In this document: piece after piece, positions 1-8,218 of the stretch
Position numbering within the stretch: position 1 is the first letter of the stretch
How the letters are laid out: every line of letters starts with the position of its first letter
Source: Acidimicrobiia bacterium
Lineage (GTDB): Bacteria > Actinomycetota > Acidimicrobiia > Spongiisociales > ZC4RG35
DNA: 25,362 nucleotides
Reading direction: 5' to 3'
NCBI GenBank assembly: GCA_050742075.1
Contig: JBOGEW010000319.1
Span: 1-25,362 of the forward strand
Position numbers and translations under genes: made by a program
Notes under the pieces: generated by a model
Databases searched by the model: none
The model's input: the letters and a program-made list of their open reading frames with translations, nothing else
What the model was told of the DNA's origin: nothing

Positions 1-1035
1 CTCATCGCTTCCGCTGATGTCGAAGGGCTTGGCGACGGCATCGGCGATCTGATCTGGCGATGAGATCGGAGCCAGGTCGATGAACCAAACCCCCTCGGGA
101 AAGTTGGTCAAGTGGCGCTCCGCCAACTCCACGGCCAATCTGGTTTTGCCCGAGCCGGCCGGGCCGGTGAGTGTCAGCAGGCGCGAGCTTTCCAAGAGAA
201 CAGAGAGTTCGCCGAGTTCGCTCCTGCGCCCCACGAATGTGTTGAGACGCGGCCTGAGGTTGGTCTTCGGGGACGCCACGAAGCGAATCGGATCGAGGGT
301 GGGGTCATGGAGAAGAATTCGCTCCTCGAGCGCGGCCAGCTCCGTCGAGGGCTCAATGCCGAGCTCCTCGCCGAGGAGACCGGCGAGCCGTCCGTAGGTG
401 CGCAATGCCTCAGATTGCCGTCCCGAGCGGTAGTAGGCGAGCATCAGATGGGCCCAAAGCTTCTCTCTTAGCGGAGAGAGCCGAACCTGTTCTTCCAGCG
501 CCCCGATGACCAGGTGGTGTTGGCCCTGGTGGATTCGCAGCTGGAACAAGGTCTCAATTGCGCGCATCCGGGTCTCTTCCAGGCGAGCACGCTCGGCCAG
601 GGCGACGTCGTCGTTCTCGAGTTCGGCAAAGGGAGTCCCACGCCAAAGCGCCAAAGCCTCCTCCAAGAGAGGGATCGCCTCGGCGGGTTTGGTCAGGCCG
701 GCTTGATCGATCAAGGCCTCGAACCGATGAGCGTCAACTTGATCGTCGGCCACCTCGAGAAGGTATCCGCTTGGGCGAGTGAGAAGGCTGGCCGGCAGTT
801 GCCCGCGGAGCTGAGACACGTATTTCTGAATCGCTTTCACCGCCGAGGAGGGGGGCTTCTCCCCCCAGAGCACGTCGATCAACCGATCAACCGGCACCGA
901 CCTCCCGCTGTTGACGAGGAGTGCTGCCAGAAGGGCGCGTGGCTTGGGGCCGCCCAGGCTGACGGCGTGGTTGTGAACCACGACCTCCAGCGGCCCGAGG
1001 ACGCGGAACTGCAGGTCCTCCGCACCTTTTCTCAT
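1..1035 (-). CDS. SARP/AfsR-type regulator (OmpR-like wHTH + BTAD + NB-ARC-like P-loop NTPase), runs off the window at its 3' end
   Basis: Absent from the ORF track, so I translated it by hand from ATG at 1035. It reads MRKGAEDLQFRVLGPLEV...GGPKPRALLAALLV...LIDVLWGEKPP...ALALWRGTPF...PLREKLWAHLMLAYYRSGRQSEALRTY...EELGIEPS (BTAD), then FVGRRSEL...LLTLTGPAGSGKTRLA (Walker A)...GVWFIDLAP. The frame stays open to position 1. Confidence 0.92.
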   Translation of the reverse strand, partial: MRKGAEDLQFRVLGPLEVVVHNHAVSLGGPKPRALLAALLVNSGRSVPVDRLIDVLWGEKPPSSAVKAIQKYVSQLRGQLPASLLTRPSGYLLEVADDQVDAHRFEALIDQAGLTKPAEAIPLLEEALALWRGTPFAELENDDVALAERARLEETRMRAIETLFQLRIHQGQHHLVIGALEEQVRLSPLREKLWAHLMLAYYRSGRQSEALRTYGRLAGLLGEELGIEPSTELAALEERILLHDPTLDPIRFVASPKTNLRPRLNTFVGRRSELGELSVLLESSRLLTLTGPAGSGKTRLAVELAERHLTNFPEGVWFIDLAPISSPDQIADAVAKPFDISGSDE

Positions 1036-1165
1036 CTACTCGATTTCCACCGAACCGGAACCGCCTGCCGCGAGGGTCTCCATGAAGGATCGAGGAAAGG
1101 CTACCCAGCCCAGCTAGGCGATCCTCATGGGCCCGTCCGGCAAGAGCCGGACAGAAAGGAACGAC

Positions 1166-2023
1166 ATGACGGTAGGAATAGCTCAGCGCTCAGAGGTGCT
1201 CATCGACACCGCGACGCTGGCGGCAAATCTCGATGATCCCGCGATCGCGATCGTCGAAGTAGACGAAGACACCGGTGCCTTCGCGGTGGCTCACATTTCT
1301 GGAGCGGTTTCCTTCGACTGGCAAGAGGAGCTTCACGATCTGCCTCGCCGGGACTTCGTCTCCCAAAGCCGGCTGGCCAACCTTCTCGGCAACAAAGGGA
1401 TTTCCGCTGAGCAGACGATTGTCCTGTACGGCGGAAACAACAACTGGTTCGCTGCGTACGCCTACTGGCTGTTCAAGCTGCGCGGGGTCGAGCAAGTCAA
1501 ACTCCTCGACGGCGGCCGCATGAAGTGGGAACTTGAGGACCGGCCGATGACCAAGGTCGAGAAGACCGTCAAACCGACCACCTTCGCCATGGGGGCCGAG
1601 CGCCCCGAACTGCGGGCGATGCGGGCAGAAGTAATCGCCTCCGGTGACGGTCCGACCAAATTGGTCGACGTGCGTTCGCCGGGCGAGTTCTCCGGCGAGG
1701 TGATGGCGCCGCCCCACCTCCCCCAGGAACAGCCATATGTCGGAGGCCACGTTCCCGGGGCCAAGAACATCCCTTGGTCACAGGCCGCCAACGAAGACGG
1801 GACATTCCGCACGACCAAGCAGCTGCAGGCTCTGTATGAGGGAAAGGGAGTCAAAGCCACCGAGCCGGTGATCGCCTACTGTCGGATCGGCGAGCGTGCG
1901 GCGCATACCTGGTTTGCTCTCTCCGAGCTGCTCGGCTACCCGAACGTCAAGAACTATGACGGATCCTGGACCGAGTACGGAAGCCTCGTCGGCGTCCCGG
2001 TGAGCACCGGCCCCGAGGCGTAA
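1166..2023 (+). CDS. Thiosulfate/mercaptopyruvate sulfurtransferase (tandem rhodanese, CysA/SseA-like)
   Basis: Motifs IVEVDED, YGGNNNWFAAYAYW, LLDGGR, DVRSPGEF, GHVPGA, catalytic YCRIGER and NYDGSWTEYG. RBS GAAAGGA precedes ATG 1166. Confidence 0.93.
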   Translation: MTVGIAQRSEVLIDTATLAANLDDPAIAIVEVDEDTGAFAVAHISGAVSFDWQEELHDLPRRDFVSQSRLANLLGNKGISAEQTIVLYGGNNNWFAAYAYWLFKLRGVEQVKLLDGGRMKWELEDRPMTKVEKTVKPTTFAMGAERPELRAMRAEVIASGDGPTKLVDVRSPGEFSGEVMAPPHLPQEQPYVGGHVPGAKNIPWSQAANEDGTFRTTKQLQALYEGKGVKATEPVIAYCRIGERAAHTWFALSELLGYPNVKNYDGSWTEYGSLVGVPVSTGPEA

Positions 2024-2043
2024 GTCCTCCGGACGCTCTCATC

Positions 2044-3468
2044 ATGTCGCAGCCCCAGAACGGGCACTTTGGAATGGGTCCGAGGAGTCGGACCCATTCC
2101 GCATCTCGCGTCATCGCCATCCCGACCCCGGAACTCGGTGACCGCTCCTACCTGTTCACCGCCAACGGCGAGGCCCTCTTGGTTGATCCGCAACGCGACT
2201 TCGACCGGTTTCTCTCCGCCGCCGAGGACTTCAAGGCAGAGATCAAGTGGGTGTTGGAAACACATGTCCATAACGACTACGTGTCCGGAGCGCGATCCGT
2301 TGCGAATCGAATCGGGGCCGAGCTCTTGGTGCCGGCAGGTGCGGGAGTCGGATTCGACCATGTCCCTGCGTTTCACCTTGAAGACGTTGCTTTCGGATCA
2401 ACGGTCATCCGCCCCATCCATACCCCGGGTCACACGCCGGAACATGTCTCCTACCTGATTCTCATCGAGGGCGAACCCCAGGCACTGTTCACCGGCGGGA
2501 GTCTGCTGGTCGGCGCCGTTGGTCGAACCGACCTTCTTGATCCGCTCCAGACCCGTCAGCTGGCTCGCCTCCAGGTCCAAAGCGTCAGACGACTGGCAGA
2601 GCTTTCCCCTGACCTCACCGTCTACCCGACCCATGGCGGCGGTTCGTATTGCACATCGAGCCCGACCTACGGGTCGACTTCGACTATCGGCGAGGAGATC
2701 TTGCGCAACAGTGCCCTCGCACCGCGGCCGATCGAGGACGTTGTTGACGACCTGGTGGCCGGGCTCACGCGCTATCCCGTCTACTACCAGCACATGGGAC
2801 GACTCAACCGACTCCAACCTGGTGGTTTTCCGGACCTGCATCCCCCGCCGATTGATGTCGCCGACCTACGACGGTTTCCGGATGCATACATCATCGACAC
2901 CCGGCCCCGTCTTCGATTCGCCTCCGGACATTTACCTGGGTCCTTGAACATTGAACTGGGCGACTCCTTCGCCACCTGGGTTGGCTGGCTGCTCCCCTTC
3001 AACAGCGAAATGGTCTTGGTTGTCGACTCCGATGCTGAGATCGAAGATGCGGTAGCAGCTCTAGCGCGAATCGGCTTCGATCGAGTTGTCGGAGTGGTGT
3101 CGAAGCTCTCGTCACCGCCCGATTTCTCATTGGAATTCACGCGTACGGTCACAGCGAGGGAGTTGGCCCGAGCCATCGTGACAGGGGAGGCACGTCAGGT
3201 GCTCGACGTCCGTTCCCCAAGTGAGTGGACTGGCGAAGACCTATCGGGGTCGATCCATATCTACCTGCCGGATCTCGAAGACCGGGCCCTCGAACAGCTC
3301 GACCGGAACGAGCCGGTTTGGGTGGCATGCGCCTCGGGTTCACGGGCGGCGATCGCCACCGGGATTCTTGAGCGTCTCGGCTTCGACGTCGTCATGACCT
3401 ACCAGGGCGGGATTCAAGACATAGGAGGACTCGGGCTGCAGGCGCCCGAGCAGTCGAGAACGAGCTAG
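2044..3468 (+). CDS. MBL-fold hydrolase fused to two rhodanese domains (persulfide dioxygenase/CstB-like architecture)
   Basis: Motifs ETHVHNDYVSG, HTPGHT, GRTDL, PTHGGGSYC, pseudo-rhodanese IIDTRP...GHLPGS and C-terminal LDVRS...CASGSR. Start codon uncertain. Confidence 0.88.
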   Translation: MSQPQNGHFGMGPRSRTHSASRVIAIPTPELGDRSYLFTANGEALLVDPQRDFDRFLSAAEDFKAEIKWVLETHVHNDYVSGARSVANRIGAELLVPAGAGVGFDHVPAFHLEDVAFGSTVIRPIHTPGHTPEHVSYLILIEGEPQALFTGGSLLVGAVGRTDLLDPLQTRQLARLQVQSVRRLAELSPDLTVYPTHGGGSYCTSSPTYGSTSTIGEEILRNSALAPRPIEDVVDDLVAGLTRYPVYYQHMGRLNRLQPGGFPDLHPPPIDVADLRRFPDAYIIDTRPRLRFASGHLPGSLNIELGDSFATWVGWLLPFNSEMVLVVDSDAEIEDAVAALARIGFDRVVGVVSKLSSPPDFSLEFTRTVTARELARAIVTGEARQVLDVRSPSEWTGEDLSGSIHIYLPDLEDRALEQLDRNEPVWVACASGSRAAIATGILERLGFDVVMTYQGGIQDIGGLGLQAPEQSRTS

Positions 3469-4476
3469 GTCCGCTCCCGCCCCGAGCGCAATGAGTTTGG
3501 CCTCAGACACGGGTCGCGGCAAAGGCACCATCCCGCAGTTGGTCGAGGCCACGATCCGGGAAGGAGGCAGATGCTCAAGGATGCGCTCAAGCTCTGCGGC
3601 CACTTGCTCGGGCGTTTCGACCGCCTCCGTGGCGACATCGATCACGCCCGCTTGCACCACCTTGTCTCCGAGGAGGTCGAGCACCTCCAATGGCACCCTT
3701 GATCCAGCCACCTCCATCGAGACCTGATCGATTGACGACTCGGCCAGTAGCGGAAACGTCACTTCGTACTGGCGCCATTCCGGGCCGAGGCCCTGTTTCC
3801 ACTCGATGTTGGCCTGGATGCCATAGCCATAACAGATATGGACAGCGGTGGTCGCCGACAGTCCGGCGGCGGCGAGTTCGAGGGCGCTGACTCCCCAGTC
3901 GGCCACCTCGTCGAGAAAGACATTGAAGGCCGGCTCGTCGAATTGGATCACGTCGATCCCCGCCGCGACCAGATCGAGCGCCTCCTGGTTGAGGATGTCG
4001 GCGCAGACCATCGCTATCTCCTCCCGGTCTCTGTAGTGATGGTCGGCGAGAGTGTCGACCATGGTCATCGGGCCGGGGAGGGTGAATTTGATCGCATGGT
4101 CTGTCGCCCTTCGCAGCTCCTGAGCCGCATCGAGGAACACCGGCCGGGTTCGCTCCAGCGCTCCGATCACACGAGGAACCGATGCCTGGTATCGCCGCCG
4201 AATCGTGATCGTCTCCCGATTGGTCGCGTCGACGCCATCGAGGCCTTCGATAAAGGTGGTCACGAAATGGCGCCGGGTCTGCTCGCCATCGGAAATAATC
4301 TCGATGCCCGCCCCCTCCTGCATCAGCACCGCCAGACGAACGGCGTCGCGCTGGGCCTCAGCACGGGTTTCGTCATCATGGATCCATTCAGCCCAGAGCT
4401 GGTCGGGCGAAGCCAGCCAGCGAGGCTTGGGAAGGCTCCCGGCGATGGTCGATGCGATCGTCACCGGTTTTGACAC
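3340..4476 (-). CDS. Short cobalamin-independent methionine synthase (catalytic domain only, MesD-like)
   Basis: Motifs GSLPKP, DGEQTRRHFVTTFIE, LPGPMTM.DTL, IQFDEPAFNVF, HICYGYGI.AN..WK..LG.EWRQYE and TNCGM. Zn ligands H-x-C, E and C are retained. GTG start at 4476 with GGAAGG upstream. Confidence 0.88.
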   Translation of the reverse strand: MSKPVTIASTIAGSLPKPRWLASPDQLWAEWIHDDETRAEAQRDAVRLAVLMQEGAGIEIISDGEQTRRHFVTTFIEGLDGVDATNRETITIRRRYQASVPRVIGALERTRPVFLDAAQELRRATDHAIKFTLPGPMTMVDTLADHHYRDREEIAMVCADILNQEALDLVAAGIDVIQFDEPAFNVFLDEVADWGVSALELAAAGLSATTAVHICYGYGIQANIEWKQGLGPEWRQYEVTFPLLAESSIDQVSMEVAGSRVPLEVLDLLGDKVVQAGVIDVATEAVETPEQVAAELERILEHLPPSRIVASTNCGMVPLPRPVSEAKLIALGAGADLARSRLLGRLQPESSYVLNPALVGHDDVEAETLKNPGGDRRP

Positions 4477-4502
4477 TAAAGCCTTCCACCAACCCTGGCT
4501 CT

Positions 4503-4526
4503 ATCGATTATCGTCGATGATCGATG
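4503..4526. promoter_or_regulatory. Palindromic operator copy 1 (putative ArsR site) between the divergent mesD-like and eamA genes
   Basis: ATCGATTATCGTCGATGATCGATG is a near-perfect 23-bp palindrome. It contains the -10-like TATCGT, ends on the eamA ATG, and is 23/24 identical to 5435-5458. Confidence 0.7.
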
Positions 4527-5459
4527 GAGAGGTTCCGCACAGGCAACGGCCGCCACTACCTGGCCCTCACCGCCGCCGCCGCCTCGTGGGGAGTGGCGAC
4601 CGTGATCAGCAAGCAGTCGGTGGACGAGATTCCCCCGCTGGCACTACTGCCCATTCAGTTGGCGACGAGCCTGGTCCTGCTCAGCATTCTCCTGAAAGTC
4701 AGCGGCCGGCAGAATTCGTGGACCCGGGAGACAACCCGGCTCGGATTGCTCGGATTTCTCAACCCCGGCTTGTCCTATGCCTTGGGGCTGATCGGTCTGA
4801 CCCAAATCACGGCCAGCCTGTCAGTCGTGCTGTGGGCAACCGAACCGGTGATGATCCTGCTTTTGGCGGCCTGGCTCCTCCGGGAGAGGATCTCAGGAAC
4901 GATGGCCCTCGCCATCGGTGTCGCCACCATCGGGGTCTTTCTCGCCGCGGTGGAGACGGATACCAGCGGAGCCTTGCCGGGGATCGCTTTCACGCTGGCG
5001 GGCGTCGCCGGATGCGCGATCTACACGGTGATCACCCGCAAGTGGATGGGCGATGACTCGACCCTGGCGGTACTCACCGCCCAGCAACTCTGCGCCCTCA
5101 TCTTCGCCCTGGGCGTCCTTGGTGTCTTTTGGTCGAGCGGCGAAAGAGTCGCGATCTCCACCTGGTCTGGAGGCGCCTGGGTGAGTGCAGTGGTCTCAGG
5201 CATCCTCTATTACGCCCTGGCCTTTTGGCTCTATCTGACCGGACTGCGCCGGGTTCCGGCCGCGGTTGCCGGCCTCTTTCTGAACCTGATTCCGATCTTC
5301 GGAGTCGGAACCGGCTACCTGCTCGGTGAGCGTCTCAGTTCCCTCCAGTCGCTCGGCTCCGTGCTCATCGTCGCCGCCGTGGCTGCCATGTTGTGGCTTC
5401 GTTCCCGCCCAATGCCATTGACAGTCCGAGTTCCATCGATTATCGTCGATGATAGATGA
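4524..5459 (+). CDS. DMT/EamA family transporter
   Basis: About 10 hydrophobic segments in two EamA repeats (ASWG...; ATEP...LLRER; AFWLYLTGL...LNLIPIFG...LLGERL). Stop overlaps the arsR start (ATGA). Confidence 0.9.
   Translation: MERFRTGNGRHYLALTAAAASWGVATVISKQSVDEIPPLALLPIQLATSLVLLSILLKVSGRQNSWTRETTRLGLLGFLNPGLSYALGLIGLTQITASLSVVLWATEPVMILLLAAWLLRERISGTMALAIGVATIGVFLAAVETDTSGALPGIAFTLAGVAGCAIYTVITRKWMGDDSTLAVLTAQQLCALIFALGVLGVFWSSGERVAISTWSGGAWVSAVVSGILYYALAFWLYLTGLRRVPAAVAGLFLNLIPIFGVGTGYLLGERLSSLQSLGSVLIVAAVAAMLWLRSRPMPLTVRVPSIIVDDR
5418..5458 (+). promoter_or_regulatory. Sigma-A type promoter of arsR-arsM overlapped by operator copy 2
   Basis: TTGACA (5418-5423), a 17-nt spacer and TATCGT (5441-5446). 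Operator ATCGATTATCGTCGATGATAGATG at 5435-5458 ends on the arsR ATG and lies inside the eamA 3' end. Confidence 0.8.
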
Positions 5460-5779
5460 ATATCGATCGAGAGACCGCCGCCGTTTGGGCGTCTTGGTTT
5501 CGAGCCCTGGGCGATCCGTCCCGGATCCTGGTTCTAAACCTTTTGGCGGCCAAGGCCGAGCCGATGTCGGTGGGAGACATCGTCGAAGCTCTCGACATTG
5601 GCCAGTCGACGGTCTCCCATCATCTCAAGCAACTGGCCGAGGTGGGCTTCGTGCTCATCGAGGAGCGAGGAACATCCAATCTCTATCGAGTAAACGACCT
5701 GTGTCTCGAATGCTTCCCCACCGCGGCCGAACTGGTCATGGGGGTGGCTCGTACGACCGCTGAATGGAGGGCGTGCTGA
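5456..5779 (+). CDS. arsR: ArsR/SmtB family metalloregulator
   Basis: HTH motifs FRALGDPSRILVL and IGQSTVSHHLKQL. C-terminal CLEC and a terminal Cys. Translationally coupled to arsM (TGATG). Confidence 0.88.
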   Translation: MNIDRETAAVWASWFRALGDPSRILVLNLLAAKAEPMSVGDIVEALDIGQSTVSHHLKQLAEVGFVLIEERGTSNLYRVNDLCLECFPTAAELVMGVARTTAEWRAC

Positions 5780-6474
5780 TGGATATCAAAGAGAAAGTGG
5801 CCGAGCGTTATCGATCGGCTGCATTGCAAATGCTCGAAGGACAGACGGGGTGCTGCGGGGGATCGACCTGCGGTGACGGCGGCTACGAGGACATGGGTGA
5901 GCTGGCCGAGGTCAGTCTCGGTTGCGGAAACCCGACTGCGGTGGCCGACCTCCACCCCGGGGAGACGGTGTTAGACCTCGGTTCCGGCGGTGGGCTTGAT
6001 GTCATCGTCTCCGCCCGCAGAGTGGCGCCGGGCGGAAAGGCGATCGGAGTCGACATGACTCACGAAATGCTCGAGCTTGCCCGCAAGAACGCCACCGCTG
6101 CCGGGGTCGACAACGTCGAGTTCCTCTTGGGTCAGATCGAGGATCTGCCTCTTCCCGACGATTCGGTTGATGTGATCATCTCCAACTGCGTGATCAACCT
6201 GTCGACTGAGAAATCGCGAGTGTTTGCGGAGATGGCCCGGGTATTGAGCACCGGCGGCCGGATCGGAATTGCCGACATCGTCGCCGATGATTTTCTGACT
6301 CCCGCGGAGAGAGCGGAGCGAGGCGATTGGGCCGGGTGCATCGCCGGCGCCCTCTCCGAGAACGAGTATCGGGAAGGTCTCGCTCAGGCGGGTTTTATCG
6401 ACATCGACTTGGAACTCACTTCCGAAGCCGCGCAGGGGATGTATAACGCCCTCATCCGGGCGAAGCGACCGTAG
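5779..6474 (+). CDS. arsM: Arsenite S-adenosylmethionine methyltransferase
   Basis: N-terminal CCGG..C, SLGCGNP, SAM motif [18 protein letters not shown] and WAGCIAGA, so the ArsM cysteines are all present. Confidence 0.92.
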   Translation: MDIKEKVAERYRSAALQMLEGQTGCCGGSTCGDGGYEDMGELAEVSLGCGNPTAVADLHPGETVLDLGSGGGLDVIVSARRVAPGGKAIGVDMTHEMLELARKNATAAGVDNVEFLLGQIEDLPLPDDSVDVIISNCVINLSTEKSRVFAEMARVLSTGGRIGIADIVADDFLTPAERAERGDWAGCIAGALSENEYREGLAQAGFIDIDLELTSEAAQGMYNALIRAKRP

Positions 6475-6871
6475 TTAGACCAAGTTCGGTCATCAGTCGG
6501 CGAACCCGGGACTCGATCTCGTCCCGGATCGGCCGGACATCGTCGGCTGACTTGCCGGAGGGGTCTTCGATCTCCCAGTCGACGTAGCGCTTGCCCGGGA
6601 AGACCGGGCAGGTGTCGCCACAGCCCATCGTCACCACCACGTCGGCGGAGCGGATGTCCGCTGCCGACCACGCCTTCGGTTGCTGGTCCCCTACATCGAT
6701 CCCGACCTCGGCCATCGACTGGACCACTGTCGGGTTGATCTGGCCAGCCGGCTCGGAGCCTCCCGACACCACCGACACCTGATCGCCGGCGAGCTGTCGG
6801 AGCCAGGCTGCTGCGATCTGTGAACGGCCGGCGTTATGAACGCAGGCGAACATGACTGTGGGCTTCTTCAA
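6452..6871 (-). CDS. arsC: LMW-PTP-fold arsenate reductase
   Basis: Motifs FACVHNAGRSQ (CX5R), VVTMGCGDTCP, DW.IEDP and VRPIRDEI. Probable TTG start at 6871, just after the rskA stop. Confidence 0.87.
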   Translation of the reverse strand: MKKPTVMFACVHNAGRSQIAAAWLRQLAGDQVSVVSGGSEPAGQINPTVVQSMAEVGIDVGDQQPKAWSAADIRSADVVVTMGCGDTCPVFPGKRYVDWEIEDPSGKSADDVRPIRDEIESRVRRLMTELGLTTVASPG

Positions 6872-6878
6872 AGCGAGA

Positions 6879-7568
6879 TCAGAGCTGGGCGCTGAACAGC
6901 ACTTCCCCCGACGGGGCGGGTAGGCCACCAGCCGGTTCTTGGGTGATCGCCACCTGATGGCCCGAGCGGGCTTTGCCCTGGAGCAGGATCGTTGCTGCGC
7001 CGTCCTCATCGGGGACGAAGACTCCGGCCGGAGCGGGTTCGCCTTCTCCGATGAGCCATAGCTGGTAGGTGTTACCTTCCTCGGGGGGAGCGAGGCCGCT
7101 GAAATCGACAGCCGCCGCTTCCTCGGCCGCCGAGAACACCACCTGGGCTTGCGGCGGGAGTGGGGCGTCGAAGGCGTCATGGACCGTCAGCTCCACGGTG
7201 CGGGCGTCGGCAGCGGCCATCACCTGCGCCAATGGATTCGGGTTGAAGAGCGCCAACCCTCCCAAGAGCACGACCACCACTGCGGCCGCCACCCAGGTCA
7301 ACCGCCAGGCCGAGCGTCGCCTTCGATCGATCGTGATCACATCGGCGTCGGCCCTCGTGGTTATCAGGCCTGCCAGCACCCGGGCTCTCAGCTCAGCCGG
7401 TGGCTCGACCGCCATCGCCTGATCGAGGGAGATCGCTCCTTGCGAGAGTTCGCTGACGAGGGCGGTGCATTGGGCGCACTCCTGCAGGTGAGCCTCGAAG
7501 CGCCTGCGCTCCTCAGGCTCGAGCGCCCCGAGGACATAGGGAGCGGCGAGATCTTCGAACTCGCTCAT
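6879..7568 (-). CDS. rskA: Anti-sigma factor, RskA-like, with ZAS motif
   Basis: YVLGAL...FEAHLQECAQC (HxxxCxxC), PPAELRARVL, a single TM helix, TYQLWLI and AITQEPAGG..PSG. Confidence 0.87.
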   Translation of the reverse strand: MSEFEDLAAPYVLGALEPEERRRFEAHLQECAQCTALVSELSQGAISLDQAMAVEPPAELRARVLAGLITTRADADVITIDRRRRSAWRLTWVAAAVVVVLLGGLALFNPNPLAQVMAAADARTVELTVHDAFDAPLPPQAQVVFSAAEEAAAVDFSGLAPPEEGNTYQLWLIGEGEPAPAGVFVPDEDGAATILLQGKARSGHQVAITQEPAGGLPAPSGEVLFSAQL

Positions 7569-8206
7569 GAAGTCACCCCGAATGCCTGCCGAAGCCGCAG
7601 CAGGCCGTCGCGCATGCGCGTTTTTACGGTCCCTAGAGGGAGGTTCAGCAGCTCCGCCACCTCGAGATAGGTGCGGCCTCCGAAATAGGCCAGTTCGATC
7701 ACCTGGCGTTGCAAATCGGTCAGGTGGCTCAACAGGTTTCTGACCTCTCCCTGTTCGATGGCGGTGGAGACTTCATCCGCCACCTGATCGGCGGGGCGTT
7801 CGACCCAGCCCGGTGCCACCCGTTCCTGGCGGTCGCGGGAAGCCTGTTCGCTCCGGACCCGATCGGTGGCGCGGGCTCGAGCGATCAGCATGATCCAGGT
7901 GAGGGCCGATCCCCGGTTGGGATCCCAGTTGCGAGCCTTTCGCCAGACTTCGAGGTATACCTCCTGGGTCACTTCCTCGGCGTGCTCCTGTGAGCGAACG
8001 ATCCGGCGGACAACTCCGAAGACCATTGCCGACGTGCGGTCGTAGAGGGCGGCAAAGGACGTCTCGTCGCTTCGAGCCACGGCCTGCATGAGATCTTCGA
8101 GCTCAGAGGTGGCACGTGACTGCGGCAGAGAGGAATCCATCGACGGGCCGGCCCAGGCTACCGACGTCCAATGGCCGCCAATCGGCGTCATAGCGGTTGC
8201 AGGCAT
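7565..8206 (-). CDS. sigK: ECF sigma factor, SigK-like
   Basis: Motifs FAALYDRT, AEEVTQEVYLEVW, ATDRVRSEQAS and LAYFGGRTY.EVA..L..PLGTVKTRMRDGL.RLR. Start uncertain (8206, 8191 or 8140). Confidence 0.88.
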   Translation of the reverse strand: MPATAMTPIGGHWTSVAWAGPSMDSSLPQSRATSELEDLMQAVARSDETSFAALYDRTSAMVFGVVRRIVRSQEHAEEVTQEVYLEVWRKARNWDPNRGSALTWIMLIARARATDRVRSEQASRDRQERVAPGWVERPADQVADEVSTAIEQGEVRNLLSHLTDLQRQVIELAYFGGRTYLEVAELLNLPLGTVKTRMRDGLLRLRQAFGVTS

Positions 8207-8218
8207 TCGCCACGGAGG

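Noticed and set aside
1066..1100. Possible SARP heptamer repeats (GAGGG/GAAGG/GAAAG)
   Set aside because: They are short, degenerate and irregularly spaced (12 and 11 nt), so not distinguishable from chance.
80..1236. Plus-strand ORFs such as 514..1236 and 112..471
   Set aside because: They are antisense shadows of the minus-strand SARP gene, which has clear motifs.
6872..7180. 242-aa extended arsC (apparent fusion)
   Set aside because: The extension overlaps rskA in another frame, and ArsC similarity begins at about 6871.
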